Origin: Phycisphaerae bacterium | Lineage (GTDB): Bacteria; Planctomycetota; Phycisphaerae; SM23-33 | DNA length: 64,000 nucleotides | Reading direction: 5' to 3' | NCBI GenBank assembly: GCA_018335035.1 | Contig: JAGXKT010000003.1 | Span: 14,623 to 78,622, forward strand | Shown here: piece after piece, positions 20,225 through 29,998 of the stretch | Layout of the letters: every line of letters starts with the position of its first letter | Position numbering within the stretch: position 1 is the stretch's first letter | The notes under the pieces: model-generated | Told to the model about the DNA's origin: nothing | Database searches by the model: none | What the model saw: the letters and a program-made list of their open reading frames with translations, nothing else | Program-made: the position numbers and the translations under genes

Positions 20225-21748
20225 CTAATGCGTCATCGCATAGGCCAGCAGGTTCACGCCGATCCGCAGCGCGTCCTCGGTCGCGTAGCCCCGCGCGAAG
20301 GCGAAGCCCAACTCCTCCCACCCGCTGGACAGCGATAGGGACGAGTAGATCACGGCCAATTGCCCGTCGATGGTGATGCCCTCCAGCATGGGCGCGGAGC
20401 GCTCGCCGTGCCGCGCCTCGGCGAGGCGCGTGTAGTCCACGCCGCGAATCTCGTATGGCATCCGGTATACCGGCGACTCGACAGGCAAAACGTCCAGCGA
20501 CCTGTCCGGCAGCACGCGGGCGATCTCGCGTCGGAAGGCGACGTCGAACGCCTTGCGCCCGGCCGCGGCGTCGACGATCAGCACGCCGCCGCTGTGGAGA
20601 TACCGCCGCAGGCGGGCGGTCTGCTCGTCGCTGAAGGCGAAGTCCCGCAGGCCCGTCATGTACAGCACGGGGTGGGCGAACACGTCCGCCTGGGCCGGGT
20701 CGAGCACCTTGCGCTTGAATTGCACGTTGAGCGTCGTGTTCCGCAGAACGTACTTCATCAGGTTCGGCAGCGCGTGCGGCGTGGGGTCCCAGTCGCCGCC
20801 GTGGACGAGCTGGGCGATGACGAGCTGGTCGCGCGTGTCGGCATCCTGCTGGTGGTAGACCTTCTGCGCCGACCACGCGCGGGCGTACTCGAAATTCGCC
20901 AGCGTCGTCGCCACGATGTTCACGCCCAGCTTGGCCGCGTCGTTCTGGTGATACAGCGTGCCGCCGGGGATGGGGTGCTTGACCACGTTCCAACCGCAGT
21001 TCAGGTCGATCGGCGAGAAGATCACGGCCGGGCGGCAGCCGAGGTAGACGGCCTCGAGGTACGGCTTCATCCGCTTGAAGGGCTCTGTGCCGCGGCGGAC
21101 GCGCATGCGGTCGATGGTGAAGTGCGCGTGCAGCAGGGGCGAGTCCGTATCGATCGGCGCCAGTTCGCGATGCGGCAGGAGCCGCGCGATCATCTTCCGC
21201 GCGGTGGTGACGAACGCCTCGCGTCCGCACTGGGCATGGACGACGAGTGTGCCGCCGTCGTAAAGATACCGCCGCAGGCGCGCCCGCATCGTCTCGCCGA
21301 GATCGGGCACGGGCGTCCAGCCGGTCAGGTACAGAAGCGGCAGCTCGCGGGGGTTCCACGAAAAGCCGCCCAGCGTGGTGGCCACGTACCGATACCGCAC
21401 GCCCAGGCGATTGTTCGCCACGCGCATGAGCCGCTCGATGTCGATCTGCGTGGTGGGAAACGCCGCCACGCGCCGGCGGCGCCCCTCGACGATCTCGAAC
21501 CGCTCGTTGGAGAAATTGATCATCCCCACCAGCGCCGGCGGCGCGGGCGGGCGCTTGCGCTCCGTGCGCCGCAACGGCGTCGCCGGAAGCGGCAGCGGCG
21601 GAACGCCCTCGGCCGCACTGCGACGGTGCGGCTTGGCACGCGGGGGCGCGTGGGCTTTGGGATTGTCCCACCCCGCGGCCGGGCGCGCAGCGCCGACAAG
21701 CGCGGCCCCCGTCATCACGACCGTCGCCACCCAGCGCGAAACGCTCAT
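20225..21748 (-). CDS. Secreted DUF4159 domain protein (two tandem GATase1-like/ThuA-like domains)
   Basis: Signal peptide after ATG 21748 (MSVSRWVATVVMTGAALVGA). Two copies of a 'LPLLYLTGW...LRRYLYDGGTLVV' / 'HPVLYMTGL...LRRYLHSGGVLIV' DUF4159-like module. Confidence 0.65.
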   Translation of the reverse strand: MSVSRWVATVVMTGAALVGAARPAAGWDNPKAHAPPRAKPHRRSAAEGVPPLPLPATPLRRTERKRPPAPPALVGMINFSNERFEIVEGRRRRVAAFPTTQIDIERLMRVANNRLGVRYRYVATTLGGFSWNPRELPLLYLTGWTPVPDLGETMRARLRRYLYDGGTLVVHAQCGREAFVTTARKMIARLLPHRELAPIDTDSPLLHAHFTIDRMRVRRGTEPFKRMKPYLEAVYLGCRPAVIFSPIDLNCGWNVVKHPIPGGTLYHQNDAAKLGVNIVATTLANFEYARAWSAQKVYHQQDADTRDQLVIAQLVHGGDWDPTPHALPNLMKYVLRNTTLNVQFKRKVLDPAQADVFAHPVLYMTGLRDFAFSDEQTARLRRYLHSGGVLIVDAAAGRKAFDVAFRREIARVLPDRSLDVLPVESPVYRMPYEIRGVDYTRLAEARHGERSAPMLEGITIDGQLAVIYSSLSLSSGWEELGFAFARGYATEDALRIGVNLLAYAMTH

Positions 21749-21840
21749 ACCGAACCTCCGGGCGCGCGTGCTCGGCGCCCCGTGCATTGTATCGGCTCGC
21801 GGCGGCCACACAAACAGTGCCGTGAAGGCACCGGCGCACG

Positions 21841-22854
21841 TCAGCTCGGCGGCGCCGTCAGTTCCTCGATGCGCCGCCGGGCGGCGTCGTTTCGGCCGGG
21901 GTCTTCGGGATCCTCGGCGATCGATCGCCGGTAGAGTTCCACGGCCTTAGCGGGGTTGTGCAGGTGCAGGTCGTACATCAGCGCGGCATAGTATCGCACG
22001 GGTTTGGTGATATTCGGATCCCACTGCCAGGCCCGCTTGTACCAATGCACGCTTCGGACGTGCTCCTCGAAGTACTCCTTGTAGATCTCGGCGATGTAGT
22101 ACGCCGACATCGCGATCTTCGTGGACGTCGGGTACGTGCGGACGAGGTCCAGGAACTTCGCCAGCGCCTCGCGCTGCTTGTCATAGTCGGGGACGCCGGG
22201 GATCAAGCTGCCCATGTGATGCAGGTGTACGGCCTCGTCGTAGAGGGTATTGGCCGCGGGAATCACCTCGGTGGGCTTGAGGTCCGGTCCCGGAATCTCG
22301 GCATCCAGGAAGTACAGGTACGTCCGAACCGGGTCAAACCGCTCGCGAACGTTGCGCACGCGGCGCGCCTTGTACCCGGCCGGGTCGCGCGAGCCATAGA
22401 AGGCGATCAACTCGTCCAGCGCTTCGCGCCACTGCTCGCGCGCCGCGACGACCAGCTCCACCAGCGCCTGGGCGTCGGCGCCTTCGACGGACTCGCCGGC
22501 AGGCGGGGTAATCTCGGGAATCCCCTCCCAATGGAACGTTTGCGCCTCACGAAGGTTCTTCAGCTCCCGTCCCGCCCAAATCCACCGGTCCACGTTCCCG
22601 CGCTCGTGGAAGAAGGTCTCCAGCACCTCCAGGCGGTAGGCATAGTTGACGCGGGCCCTCTCCAGCGCGACGACCGCCTGACGCTCGGCCTCGTTGCCGG
22701 GCGGTACGGTCAGCACGTCGGGCACTTCCCAGTCGGCCGTCCGGGGTGGACCGGCTTTCCAATCGCAGCCGACAAGCGCAGCGCCCGACAGCATCCCGCC
22801 GATTGCGGCAGTCAACAGCAGCATCCGCATCGCACCCGTGTGGTCGCGTTTCAT
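21841..22854 (-). CDS. Hypothetical lipoprotein (helical, possibly TPR-like)
   Basis: Start at ATG 22854 gives 'MKRDHTGAMRMLLLTAAIGGMLSGAALVGC' with lipobox LVG|C. The rest has a diverse, helix-favouring composition. Confidence 0.5.
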   Translation of the reverse strand: MKRDHTGAMRMLLLTAAIGGMLSGAALVGCDWKAGPPRTADWEVPDVLTVPPGNEAERQAVVALERARVNYAYRLEVLETFFHERGNVDRWIWAGRELKNLREAQTFHWEGIPEITPPAGESVEGADAQALVELVVAAREQWREALDELIAFYGSRDPAGYKARRVRNVRERFDPVRTYLYFLDAEIPGPDLKPTEVIPAANTLYDEAVHLHHMGSLIPGVPDYDKQREALAKFLDLVRTYPTSTKIAMSAYYIAEIYKEYFEEHVRSVHWYKRAWQWDPNITKPVRYYAALMYDLHLHNPAKAVELYRRSIAEDPEDPGRNDAARRRIEELTAPPS

Positions 22855-23173
22855 CGCAGCGCTCCTTCGAGACCGTCTCTGGGCCTTTCTCTCGGCCGCT
22901 CGCATCGACCGTTCCCACGAGGGAAAATGGCTCGGTTTCCGCGGACCGTTCACCTCCCGGTCCACGACGGCGCATTATGCCCCCCGCCACCCTCGCCTGC
23001 AAGGGCCCGACAGCGCCGATCAGCACAGCCGCGCCGCCTGTGCTGAGCATGGGCGCCGCCAGCACGTGCCGCCCGAACGCCTGCCCCCCTGCTTGCCGAC
23101 GGCTGCGCCGCGAGCTCGCACGGCCAGGATGACCGTGATACACACGGGCAAGATGACCGTCCCACAAGCGCGG

Positions 23174-23770
23174 TCAGTTGTTCGACCGCTCAAAATGGAC
23201 GAAGTCGATCAGGAACACCGCGCCCAGCAGCCGGCTCTTCGAGCCGGTCTCCAGCGAGGAAGGAAGCGACACCGCGAAGTTGTCCGCCTTCGTGAACATC
23301 TCCTTGCCGAGACCGGACCATTTCTTGGACACCTTGCCGAACGTCTCGCCGTCGCGGCGAATCTCGAACGTCCAGGGATGCAGGATCGGCCCGAAGAGCT
23401 GCTCGGCCTCGCGCCCGCCCTCGTCATAGACGGTGTACAGCCGCCGCAGCCACGACCAGCGCCGCTTGATCGTGCCCAGCAGCGCGCCGGACCCGTCGCG
23501 AATCTCCGCCTCGTGAAAGTAGAAGCGAAACGGGCGGCGGACCTGAAGCACCTGTTGCTGCTGCGCGTCGAGGATGTGAATCGTCCAGGCCCGCTGCGAC
23601 TTGAGAAACAGCCGCCCGACCGTCGAGCCGCCGACCTCCGCGGCGTAGTACAGCTCCCGCCCCTCAGGGTCCGTAATGACGTACCGGTTGCGACATTCGA
23701 ACCCGGTGAGAATCTCGCCCCACTCCTTCTTCTGACGCACGACATAGGTTTCCATCGCGCCGTCGCTCAT
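23174..23770 (-). CDS. Phospholipid scramblase-like (PLSCR/LURP-one/Tubby-like fold) protein
   Basis: Start at ATG 23770 (MSDGAMETYVV...). The 'FECRNRYVITDPEGRELYYAAE...FLKSQRAWTIHILDAQQ...RPFRF...' pattern resembles the Scramblase family (PF03803). Confidence 0.5.
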   Translation of the reverse strand: MSDGAMETYVVRQKKEWGEILTGFECRNRYVITDPEGRELYYAAEVGGSTVGRLFLKSQRAWTIHILDAQQQQVLQVRRPFRFYFHEAEIRDGSGALLGTIKRRWSWLRRLYTVYDEGGREAEQLFGPILHPWTFEIRRDGETFGKVSKKWSGLGKEMFTKADNFAVSLPSSLETGSKSRLLGAVFLIDFVHFERSNN

Positions 23771-23869
23771 GAGTTGTCTCCCGTCGCCCGTGGCGGCCCA
23801 GCCATGAACATACACCGATCCGGCTGAGACGTACAGGACCAACGCCGTTATGCAGAAAAGGGACCGTGG

Positions 23870-24826
23870 CTACTTCTCTGCCAGGGGATGCGAGCGTTCG
23901 TAGACTTCCTTGAGCCGTCGGGTCGTCAGGTGGGTGTAGACCTGCGTGGTGGACAAGCTGGCGTGCCCGAGCATCTCCTGGACGCTGCGAAGGTCCGCTC
24001 CGGCGTTGAGCATGTGCGTGGCGAAGCTATGCCGCAACGTGTGCGGGCTGATGTGCCCGGCGATGCCGGCCTGCTGGATGTACTTGTCGAGCCGGCGACG
24101 GACCGAGCGCGCCGACAGCCGCGTGCCCGCCTTGTTGACGAACAACGCCCCCCGGCGAGGCCGGCCGCGCATCTCGATGTACCGGCCCAGCGCCGTAACC
24201 GCCGGACCGCCCAGCGGCGCCAGCCGCTCCTTGCGCCCCTTGCCCCGTATCCGCAGCGCCTCGGAGAATTCCTCGAGATCCTCGACGTTCAGCGCGGTCA
24301 ACTCGCTGATGCGCAGCCCGGCCGAGTAGATCGTCTCCAGAATCGCCCGATCGCGCGCGCCCAGCAGCGTGTCGGTATCCGGCGCGACCAGCAGCGCCTT
24401 GATTTCGCCGACGTCCATGCAGCGCGGAAGCCGTTTGTCCTGCCGCGGCGTGCGGATGACACTGACCGGAGAGGCCTCCACGCGACCGACCCGCGCGAGA
24501 TACTTGTAGAAGCTCCGCAACGTCGCCAGCTTGCGCGCAACCGTGGTCTTGGAATATCCGCTCGTCCGCATCATCGCCAGCTGCGCGCGGACGTCGGCCG
24601 GCGTGACCTCCAGCAGCTTGCGCTCGACGGACCTGGCGTCGATCTCGTCGGGGGCGACAAGATCGTCGACCGTCAGTTCCGCGCCGGGCGCGCTGCAGGC
24701 GCGCGTCTGAAGAAAGCGTACGAACTGCTCAAGATCCGCCCCGTAGCACCGAATCGTGTGTGCCGAGAAGTTCCGCTCGGCCTGGAGATACTCCATAAAC
24801 TGCTTAACGGAGTCAGGTCGCGGCAT
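23870..24826 (-). CDS. XerC/XerD-family site-specific tyrosine recombinase
   Basis: N-terminal SAM-like core-binding domain (FMEYLQAERNFSAHTIRCYGADL). Catalytic RHR-Y residues present (ARDRAILE, HTLRHSFATH, LGHASLSTTQVYTH). Confidence 0.85.
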   Translation of the reverse strand: MPRPDSVKQFMEYLQAERNFSAHTIRCYGADLEQFVRFLQTRACSAPGAELTVDDLVAPDEIDARSVERKLLEVTPADVRAQLAMMRTSGYSKTTVARKLATLRSFYKYLARVGRVEASPVSVIRTPRQDKRLPRCMDVGEIKALLVAPDTDTLLGARDRAILETIYSAGLRISELTALNVEDLEEFSEALRIRGKGRKERLAPLGGPAVTALGRYIEMRGRPRRGALFVNKAGTRLSARSVRRRLDKYIQQAGIAGHISPHTLRHSFATHMLNAGADLRSVQEMLGHASLSTTQVYTHLTTRRLKEVYERSHPLAEK

Positions 24827-24861
24827 GAGGCCTCCTTGCCTGCGTCAATGCGGGTCCCGGT

Positions 24862-25092
24862 CTACTGAGGATTGGCATGCGAAGCGACGGGCACGCCCAC
24901 ACCGTTCTCGGCAACCGTGCGCGCCACTTCAAAACTGATCGCCGCCGCGTCCAGCCAGTCCAGCGGGCAGTTGCGGTCCTCGGCCTGGCTCATCACCGCG
25001 TCGATAAGTTCCGCTTCGCCATTCGCCTCACAGCGAAAGACGTACGTGTGACCGCTCTTGACACGACTGACTGTGCGATATTCCATGACCAT
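24862..25092 (-). CDS. Small hypothetical protein (76 aa) immediately upstream of xer
   Basis: ATG at 25092. Non-biased composition and the same strand as xer (35-nt gap). No recognisable family. Confidence 0.35.
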   Translation of the reverse strand: MVMEYRTVSRVKSGHTYVFRCEANGEAELIDAVMSQAEDRNCPLDWLDAAAISFEVARTVAENGVGVPVASHANPQ

Positions 25093-25202
25093 ACCCTCTT
25101 TTCGTCAACGAGCCCGCGTCGAACCCGCCCGCACTGCTCACGTCGCGCGGCCGTGCCTCCTCATCCTGTGTTTCTATCGGATTCAACCGGCGATCCCTGC
25201 AG

Positions 25203-25229
25203 TTAATGCGTCCCACAATGTGATATACT
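25203..25229 (+). promoter_or_regulatory. Candidate promoter with an extended -10 (TGTGATATACT) upstream of tatC
   Basis: Low-GC stretch with TTAATG (25203-25208), then TG-n-TATACT (25219-25229). The spacer is only 15 nt, hence modest confidence. Confidence 0.35.
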
Positions 25230-25278
25230 CCTGCGTACGCAACGGACGGTCCTACCGGGGCCTACGCGCCAACCACAC

Positions 25279-26061
25279 ATGTATCCGGGCCAGAACATGC
25301 CCCGAGACCCGAACGACACCGACATCAACAGCATACGCATGCCCCTCGGTGAGCACCTGGAGGAACTCCGCCGGCGGCTGATCCGGGCCCTGCTCGGGCT
25401 CGTCGTCGGCGTCGGCGTGGCGCTGGCGTTCACGAACACGTTCCTCGACGCCCTCGAGCACTCCTACGCGAAGGTCATGCAGGAAACCGGGCAAGATCCC
25501 CGCCTGGCCGCACACGCCGCCACCGCCGGGATCATCATCTACTGCGGCGTTGCGCTGGTCGCGGGCCTCGTCATCGCCTCGCCGTGGATCCTCTACCAGC
25601 TCTGGATGTTCGTCGCGGCCGGGCTGTACCACCGCGAACGCCGCATGATTCTCTCGGCCGTGCCGGCATCCGTGCTGCTGTTCGCTGGTGGCGCGGCCTT
25701 CTTCCTACTGGTCGCGTCGATGCCGCTGATCCGCTTCCTCGTGGCGTTCAACGAGTGGATGGGCCTCCGATCCGTCATCATGCTCAACGAGCACATCCGC
25801 TTCATGACGCGGATGCTGCTGGTGTTCGGCCTGGCGTTTCAGACCCCCCTGGTGGTGTTCGTGCTGGTCCGCACCGGGCTGGTGCGCCGGCGGGCGATGC
25901 ACCACTACCGCAAACACGTGATCGTCGGCATGCTCGTCCTGGCAGCCGTGGCGACCTCGCCGAGCGTGGTCGATCAGATCGCGCTGGCCGTGCCGATGTG
26001 GCTTCTGTATGAACTGGGCATCGCGTTGACGTACGTGTTTCCCCCGCGCCGCGTCACGTAG
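25279..26061 (+). CDS. tatC: Twin-arginine translocase subunit TatC
   Basis: 'LGEHLEELRRRLIRAL' N-terminal motif and six predicted TM helices typical of TatC. Alternative in-frame starts exist at 25297 and 25339. Confidence 0.85.
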   Translation: MYPGQNMPRDPNDTDINSIRMPLGEHLEELRRRLIRALLGLVVGVGVALAFTNTFLDALEHSYAKVMQETGQDPRLAAHAATAGIIIYCGVALVAGLVIASPWILYQLWMFVAAGLYHRERRMILSAVPASVLLFAGGAAFFLLVASMPLIRFLVAFNEWMGLRSVIMLNEHIRFMTRMLLVFGLAFQTPLVVFVLVRTGLVRRRAMHHYRKHVIVGMLVLAAVATSPSVVDQIALAVPMWLLYELGIALTYVFPPRRVT

Positions 26062-26314
26062 AATCATTCTTGTGCGGGTCGGACCCGCTGTCGCCGCTCG
26101 TCCGGCCGCCATCCTGCCGCCCGCTCGGTTCGTCCTCGTCGCCGTCTGAGCCCAGCCCGGCGTCCTTCTTGACGCCTTTCAACTCGTTCTTGAACTCCCG
26201 CAACCCGCGCCCGAGGCCGCGCGCCAGCTCCGGCAGCTTCCGGCCGCCGAACAGGATCAGCAGAGCCACCAGAACGATGACGATCTCTTTCGGGCCGATC
26301 ATCGCCAGGGGCAT
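26054..26314 (-). CDS. tatA: Twin-arginine translocase subunit TatA/E
   Basis: 86 aa 'MPLAMIGPKEIVIVLVALLILFGGRKLPELARGLGRGLREFK...' : TM helix, hinge Gly and amphipathic helix of TatA. The rest of the 499-aa track ORF is antisense to asd and rejected. The 3' end overlaps the tatC 3' end by 8 bp (convergent). Confidence 0.8.
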   Translation of the reverse strand: MPLAMIGPKEIVIVLVALLILFGGRKLPELARGLGRGLREFKNELKGVKKDAGLGSDGDEDEPSGRQDGGRTSGDSGSDPHKNDST

Positions 26315-26437
26315 GTGAGTGTCGCAGAGCATAGTGATTTTCCTCGACCCGCAGCGCCGCTGTGAATTGTAACAACGCTCCGGGCGCCGCGGCACGCCAA
26401 AAATCGCCCGCCGTAGCCGCGGCTGGTGCGAACGCAT

Positions 26438-26467
26438 TTGCCGCCCGAGCCCGTTTTGCGATAGAAT
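26438..26467 (+). promoter_or_regulatory. Candidate sigma70-type promoter for asd (TTGCCG, 18 nt, TAGAAT)
   Basis: -35 TTGCCG at 26438-26443 and -10 TAGAAT at 26462-26467. An AAGGTGAG RBS sits before the asd ATG (26531). Confidence 0.45.
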
Positions 26468-26530
26468 GCGCGGCTCGATATGCCGCATGAACCTGCCCCG
26501 TCCGTGCGGGCACAGCGATAAGGTGAGACA

Positions 26531-27529
26531 ATGGCCCCGAACGTAGCGATCATGGGCGCCACCGGCGCCGTCGGTAGCGAGTTTCTGAAGATTCTCGAAC
26601 AGCGGGACTTCCCGCTGGCGTCGCTGAAGGTGCTGGCCTCCAGCCGGTCGGCCGGCAAGACGCTGCCCTTTCGCGGCGACGAGCTGACCGTCGAGGAACT
26701 CGGCGAGGACAGCTTCGACGGCGTGGACCTGGTGCTCTCCTCGGCGGGGGGAAGCTTGTCCAAGAAGTTCGCCCCCATCGCCGTCGCCGCCGGCGCGGTG
26801 GTGGTCGATAACACCTCCGCCTTCCGCATGGACCCCGAGACGCCGTTGGTCATCCCGGAAGTCAACGCCGACGACGTCAGCACGCACAAAGGCATCATCG
26901 CCAACCCGAATTGCTCGACGATCATCATGAACGTCCCCGTCTGGCCGCTGCACAAGGTCAATCCCATTCGGCGTATCGTCGTAAGCACCTACCAGGCCGC
27001 CAGCGGCGCCGGCGCCGCGGCGATGCAGGAACTCCGCGACGGCGCCAAGGCCTTCCTGACCGGCGAGCCCTTCGAACCCCAGGCCCTGCCCCACCCGGCC
27101 GCCTTTAACGTCTTCTGCCACGACAGCGAGGTCGGCGAGGACGGGTACAACCTCGAAGAGCGCAAGATGTGGCGCGAGACGCGCAAAATCTTCCACTGCG
27201 AGGACATTGCCGTCACGGCCACCTGCGTCCGCGTGCCGGTCCTGCGGGCTCACAGCGAGGCGATCAACCTCGAATTCGCCGAACCGATCACCGAACAGCA
27301 GGTCTGCGACATCCTTGCCGCCGCGCGCGGCGTCAAGATCGTCGACGACCGCACGTCGAGCCATTTCCCAATGCCCATCGAGGCGTCCGAGCGCGACGAG
27401 ATCCTCGTCGGTCGCATCCGCCAAGACGTTTCGCGCCCGGACGGGCGCGGCATCGACCTGTTCGTCAGCGGCGACCAGATCCGGAAGGGCGCAGCGCTCA
27501 ACGCGGTCCAGATCGCCGAGCTGCTGTGA
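26531..27529 (+). CDS. asd: Aspartate-semialdehyde dehydrogenase
   Basis: 'VAIMGATGAVGSEFL' NAD(P)-binding N-terminus, the active-site Cys motif 'ANPNCSTI', and a C-terminal 'SGAG' region. 332 aa. Confidence 0.95.
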   Translation: MAPNVAIMGATGAVGSEFLKILEQRDFPLASLKVLASSRSAGKTLPFRGDELTVEELGEDSFDGVDLVLSSAGGSLSKKFAPIAVAAGAVVVDNTSAFRMDPETPLVIPEVNADDVSTHKGIIANPNCSTIIMNVPVWPLHKVNPIRRIVVSTYQAASGAGAAAMQELRDGAKAFLTGEPFEPQALPHPAAFNVFCHDSEVGEDGYNLEERKMWRETRKIFHCEDIAVTATCVRVPVLRAHSEAINLEFAEPITEQQVCDILAAARGVKIVDDRTSSHFPMPIEASERDEILVGRIRQDVSRPDGRGIDLFVSGDQIRKGAALNAVQIAELL

Positions 27530-27681
27530 CCCCGGAGCGATCCAGCGGAACAATCGCGCCCCGCGAGCGTCTCATCCGATGATGATGCCGCCCCGCGGCG
27601 AGGCCCATTTCCTTGACGCGGCCGGCAAGGATGCGAACAATGGTAACTGCGCCGCGACGCGGCGGCGGGGAGTACAGCGTC

Positions 27682-29364
27682 ATGCACGAGCACGGACTCA
27701 TTCGATGCGCGCTGGCGGCGATGGTTCTGGCCGCGTGCTGTGCCGGCGCCGCGGCGGATACGCCGCCGGAGGCGCCCGACGAGGACGGCGGCGCACTGAT
27801 CGAGCAGATGTACGGCAGGGACATCGCCGACGCCCGCAGGACGAGCGATCCGGAAGACGATCTGGCGATCATCAAGTTGCTGTTTGCCGCCTCCCGCGAA
27901 GACAAGAACAGCCAGTCGCTGCGCCTGGCGGCGATACGCACCGCCCTGGACCTGTTGGCGCCGCTGCATACGAACGATGCAGCCGACCTGATCGCCGAGG
28001 CCCTTACGGCGCTGCAGACCATGAGCGATCTGTCCGCCTGCGAGCAGGCCAAGCTGCGCCGCGACGTGCTGGACGCCCGCTATCGCGCGTTTCGCCGCCG
28101 GGATACCCCCAGGGCGGACGTCGAGGAGGCCGCTACCGACCTGGCCGAAGCGCATTTGGACTTCGCCGCGCTCGTCGTTGCCGAGAACAACTCGGACGAG
28201 TTTCTCGAGGCCGACCGGTCGCTGAGGACCGCGCGGAATCTGATCGCCAACCTCCGGCTGACGCGCCTCGCGGGGCGCCAGCGGCAACTGACCGACACGC
28301 TGCAACGGGCGCGGCGGCGCGCGCAACGGTTCCGTGATGCGCGCAAGCGACTCAAGCAGGCACAGCAGGCCGGCGCCCTCGGTGCCATCAACCGCGCCCG
28401 GACCCAGTTGGCGCGGCTTTACCTGCAGTTTGACGGCGACCTGCTCGCGGCCGGCGAACACATCCGCGGCACGGGCGACCCGCTCGAAGCCCCCGTCGTC
28501 GATGCGGCCGCGTTTCTGTTGAACCCCGCCAAGCTGAATGCGGATACGTGTCTCGATACGATCGATGCGCTGAGCACGTTCGCCAAGGAACTGGACGACG
28601 CGCCCAAGCAGGTCCTGTGCGACGGCCTGTATGAGATGTGCACGGCCTACCTGGCGACCGAACCCAAAGGCCCCGACGCGACACGGGCACGGTTGCGACT
28701 GGCCGAGCTCGGCGCCATCCTGAAGCTTCGGGAAGATGAGAAGTTCCTCAACGCGCTCTCCGAGCGCTACGGCGGCCTGCACGGCGAGATGACCGTCATC
28801 GGCAAAGGACGCGTGCGGTTCACCTACGATTTCAAGGCCGACGAACAGGCCGAGGACTGGAGCGTCGACAACGGCACATGGGGGGTCGCCGGCGGCACAC
28901 TGGCGTGCAGGACGGGCCGCGGGAACGGCGCGGTGGCTCACAAGGTACGTTTCCGCACGGATCGCCCGTTCCTGCTTCGATTCAAGGCGCGCGCCGCGTA
29001 CGCCATCCAGGCGCGTCTGCCGCAGTACGTCGCCGGTGCCACCGACGCGTCCTACCTGAATTACCTGAATTTCTATCGCCACAGAACGTATGCGCGCGCC
29101 TTCGGCGCGTACACGCGGCAGAGCGGCATGGCGCTCAAACCGGGCCAGTCCTATGTCATCGAGGCCGAATGCGATGGAAAAGGATCGATGAGCTGGTCGA
29201 TCAACGACCGGACGGTCATCAAGGCCGACAGCGCGGAGAGCTTCAAGAAGTTCCGCAAGAGCCCCATGGGCGTTCATCTGTCCACCCGCTACACCAAAAA
29301 GCGCGCCACGAGCTTTGACGACGTCGTCATCGAAGGCACACCCGTCATGCCGGACGAGGAGTGA
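27682..29364 (+). CDS. Secreted hypothetical protein with a helical N-terminal region and a C-terminal concanavalin/LamG-like beta domain
   Basis: Start at ATG 27682 gives signal peptide 'MHEHGLIRCALAAMVLAACCAGAAA'. The C-terminal ~200 aa are beta-rich (NGTWGVAGGTL...SWSINDRTVIKAD...) and resemble lectin/LamG-like folds. The antisense 675-aa ORF is Arg/Gly-rich junk. Confidence 0.5.
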   Translation: MHEHGLIRCALAAMVLAACCAGAAADTPPEAPDEDGGALIEQMYGRDIADARRTSDPEDDLAIIKLLFAASREDKNSQSLRLAAIRTALDLLAPLHTNDAADLIAEALTALQTMSDLSACEQAKLRRDVLDARYRAFRRRDTPRADVEEAATDLAEAHLDFAALVVAENNSDEFLEADRSLRTARNLIANLRLTRLAGRQRQLTDTLQRARRRAQRFRDARKRLKQAQQAGALGAINRARTQLARLYLQFDGDLLAAGEHIRGTGDPLEAPVVDAAAFLLNPAKLNADTCLDTIDALSTFAKELDDAPKQVLCDGLYEMCTAYLATEPKGPDATRARLRLAELGAILKLREDEKFLNALSERYGGLHGEMTVIGKGRVRFTYDFKADEQAEDWSVDNGTWGVAGGTLACRTGRGNGAVAHKVRFRTDRPFLLRFKARAAYAIQARLPQYVAGATDASYLNYLNFYRHRTYARAFGAYTRQSGMALKPGQSYVIEAECDGKGSMSWSINDRTVIKADSAESFKKFRKSPMGVHLSTRYTKKRATSFDDVVIEGTPVMPDEE

Positions 29365-29445
29365 CGCTTTCCATCGGCCTGCGGCGACGGTAGACTGTAT
29401 CCGTCATAGACATCCGCGCCGGTGCGCGGATCGCGAGGCCCGCCC

Positions 29446-29964
29446 ATGGCCAAGCTGCTGACCGATCCCGAGTACGCCGTCCGCGGGCGGCTGGTCGCCG
29501 TGGACAACAGCGGCGCCGTCGGCCCGTTGTTTACCCTCCGCATCCCCCCGAATACAGCCGATGTGCAGCGCCCGGCCAGCTACCTCGACTTCCGCCTGCT
29601 GGACACGAACCGCAAGACGCTGCAGAAGCGCATCGCCCTCGATGACGAGCTGGACGTGGTCATCCACGCCGCCGCGGCCACGGTGGACGCCGGCACGCAG
29701 CGCGAGCCGACGTTCCGCCTGCGTCCGGTCAGCCGATCGCAGCAGATCCCCTACTGCCGACGCATCTTCGAGTCGCTCAGCCCCATCAACGGCAAGGTCG
29801 TCGCCAACGACGAACACCATACGATCGTCGTCGACGCCGGCGTGCCGGTTGTCGTGACCTTGCTGGGCCACACGCCCACACGCACGCGACAGGTCAAGGT
29901 CAACGCGTGGGTAACGTTCTGGCCCTGCCCGCCGACGCACGGGGTCGTGCTGGGCAAGGCCTGA
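29446..29964 (+). CDS. Hypothetical protein (172 aa)
   Basis: ATG 29446 (MAKLLTDPEY...). Protein-like composition, in contrast to the overlapping Arg-rich antisense ORF. No family recognised. Confidence 0.45.
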   Translation: MAKLLTDPEYAVRGRLVAVDNSGAVGPLFTLRIPPNTADVQRPASYLDFRLLDTNRKTLQKRIALDDELDVVIHAAAATVDAGTQREPTFRLRPVSRSQQIPYCRRIFESLSPINGKVVANDEHHTIVVDAGVPVVVTLLGHTPTRTRQVKVNAWVTFWPCPPTHGVVLGKA

Positions 29965-29998
29965 CCGGCGCGACGCGCTGCCGCAACGCGACAGCCGC

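Noticed and set aside
19932-21839. 635-aa Arg-rich - strand ORF overlapping the flavodoxin-like and DUF4159 genes
   Set aside because: Composition is about 20% Arg plus Ala/Gly/Pro with no motifs. The same DNA is explained by the + strand flavodoxin-like gene and the other - strand frame encoding DUF4159.
26315-27553. Upstream 413 codons of the 499-aa - strand ORF that ends in TatA
   Set aside because: Antisense to asd, which is certain. Only the last 86 codons, beginning MPLAMIGPKE, form a bona fide TatA.
27250-29277. 675-aa - strand ORF
   Set aside because: Arg/Gly/Ala-rich antisense of the signal-peptide-bearing + strand secreted protein. No recognisable domain.
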